Shown: one piece after another, positions 63,594 to 64,000 of the stretch
Layout of the letters: each line of letters opens with the position of its first letter
Numbering within the stretch: position 1 is the stretch's first letter
Virus record (IMG/VR): IMGVR_UViG_3300046542_000616
Strand: one strand, 5' to 3'
Source of the DNA: a virus
Taxonomy: Duplodnaviria; Heunggongvirae; Uroviricota; Caudoviricetes
Length of the DNA stretch: 64,000 bases
Program-made: the position numbers and the translations under genes
The notes under the pieces: generated by a model
The model's input: only the letters and a program-made list of their open reading frames with translations
Databases searched by the model: none
Told to the model about the DNA's origin: nothing

Positions 63594-64000
63594 ATGAAAC
63601 ATGACACTTATGCAGCAAATGTGGTGAAGTACGATTTTCACAACCATGTCGCCATTGAGTCGATGGCCACAGTACTGAGGGAATTCGAGCAAGAACACAT
63701 CAACTCACTCACTCGCCAATATTCAGCCATTCATCATGATCAGAACGACCTGATCCGATGGGGCCTTTCACTCGAAGCTGAGCACCAGCGGCTTTTCTTC
63801 GACGCAGATGAACTCACCCTCCTGAATAACCTTCGCCGTAGTTCCATGACCTCCGCCCAAGTGCGCCAGGCCCTGGGATGCACCTTCCATGAACTCAACC
63901 TGTGGGACACGGACGGATCGTTGCCCCATGCGTTTACCGAGACGATCCCAACGCCGCGCAAGGACGATCAGATGCGTCTGTGGATGCGCCAGGATGTCAT
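63594..64000 (+). CDS. hypothetical protein, 3'-truncated by window edge
   Basis: ATG with AAGAGG RBS; open frame to window end (MKHDTYAANVVKYDFHNHVAIESM...); not in ORF track because no stop is reached. Confidence 0.5.
   Translation, partial: MKHDTYAANVVKYDFHNHVAIESMATVLREFEQEHINSLTRQYSAIHHDQNDLIRWGLSLEAEHQRLFFDADELTLLNNLRRSSMTSAQVRQALGCTFHELNLWDTDGSLPHAFTETIPTPRKDDQMRLWMRQDV

Overview
Strand coordinates below are window coordinates. This 64 kb window looks like an accessory region of a gammaproteobacterial-type genome. It contains Hsp20/IbpA-like, DUF808/YedI-like, DUF1289 and IS200/IS605 genes and is about 50-55% GC. It is dominated by an unusual expansion of paralogous genes that I cannot assign to any characterised system.

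(1) Positions 1-30059, plus strand. There are 33 tandem paralogous genes (one is truncated by the window edge) of about 290-330 aa each; one minimal member is 162 aa. Most are joined by 4-bp ATGA/GTGA stop-start overlaps. The proteins have an N-terminal F-x-[DE]-[IL]-P-E...E-x-A-x-x-W motif followed by degenerate ~25-30 aa helical repeats ([IV]P..L[VI].D[DE][IL]R..A[IVM]) that I recall as DUF4116-like. The C-terminal module is ~100 aa, strongly conserved, and always ends ...[KR]G-x-[LM]LE[DE]-x-[LIM]GL-COOH. An ERCC4 (XPF/Mus81-type) + (HhH)2 nuclease gene on the opposite strand splits the array at 13.4-14.7 kb.

(2) Positions 46899-56130, minus strand. There are 15 tandem genes in two further architectures (~190-213 aa and ~123-134 aa) that are unrelated over most of their length to the plus-strand family. 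They carry the same C-terminal tail (F[IV]E[IV]FG[IL]KA...L..D[IL]A.Q[VF]KG..LE[DE].LGL-COOH). In total, 48 genes in 64 kb share a C-terminal tag across at least three N-terminal architectures. This resembles a cargo family with a common C-terminal targeting or docking signal. It could also be a contingency repertoire, but no recognisable secretion machinery lies in the window.

(3) Between the arrays are the following genes:
- a 456-aa protein with four ~95-aa tandem repeats;
- two membrane-anchored SPFH-like paralogs;
- a DUF808/YedI membrane protein;
- several small hypothetical genes;
- a triplicated gene module (P1/P2/P3) with a conserved TATACT promoter, a CCAAGGAGATTTTTGCATG leader and reused terminator hairpins;
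- an ATP-grasp ligase;
- Hsp20;
- a DUF1289 Cys-rich protein;
- a BamE-like lipoprotein.

(4) At 56.57-58.47 kb there is an IS200/IS605-family element with divergent tnpB (RuvC-like, zinc finger) and tnpA (HUH Y1), bounded by 31-bp direct subterminal hairpin repeats. It is inserted into the 3' end of an XRE-type HTH gene, and a paralogous HTH gene lies on its other side.

(5) The distal end of the window holds a secreted Pro-rich protein, an AAA+ ATPase (Lon/Clp-like P-loop) and a run of small membrane proteins.

All domain and family assignments come from reading the translated ORFs. No database search was possible.
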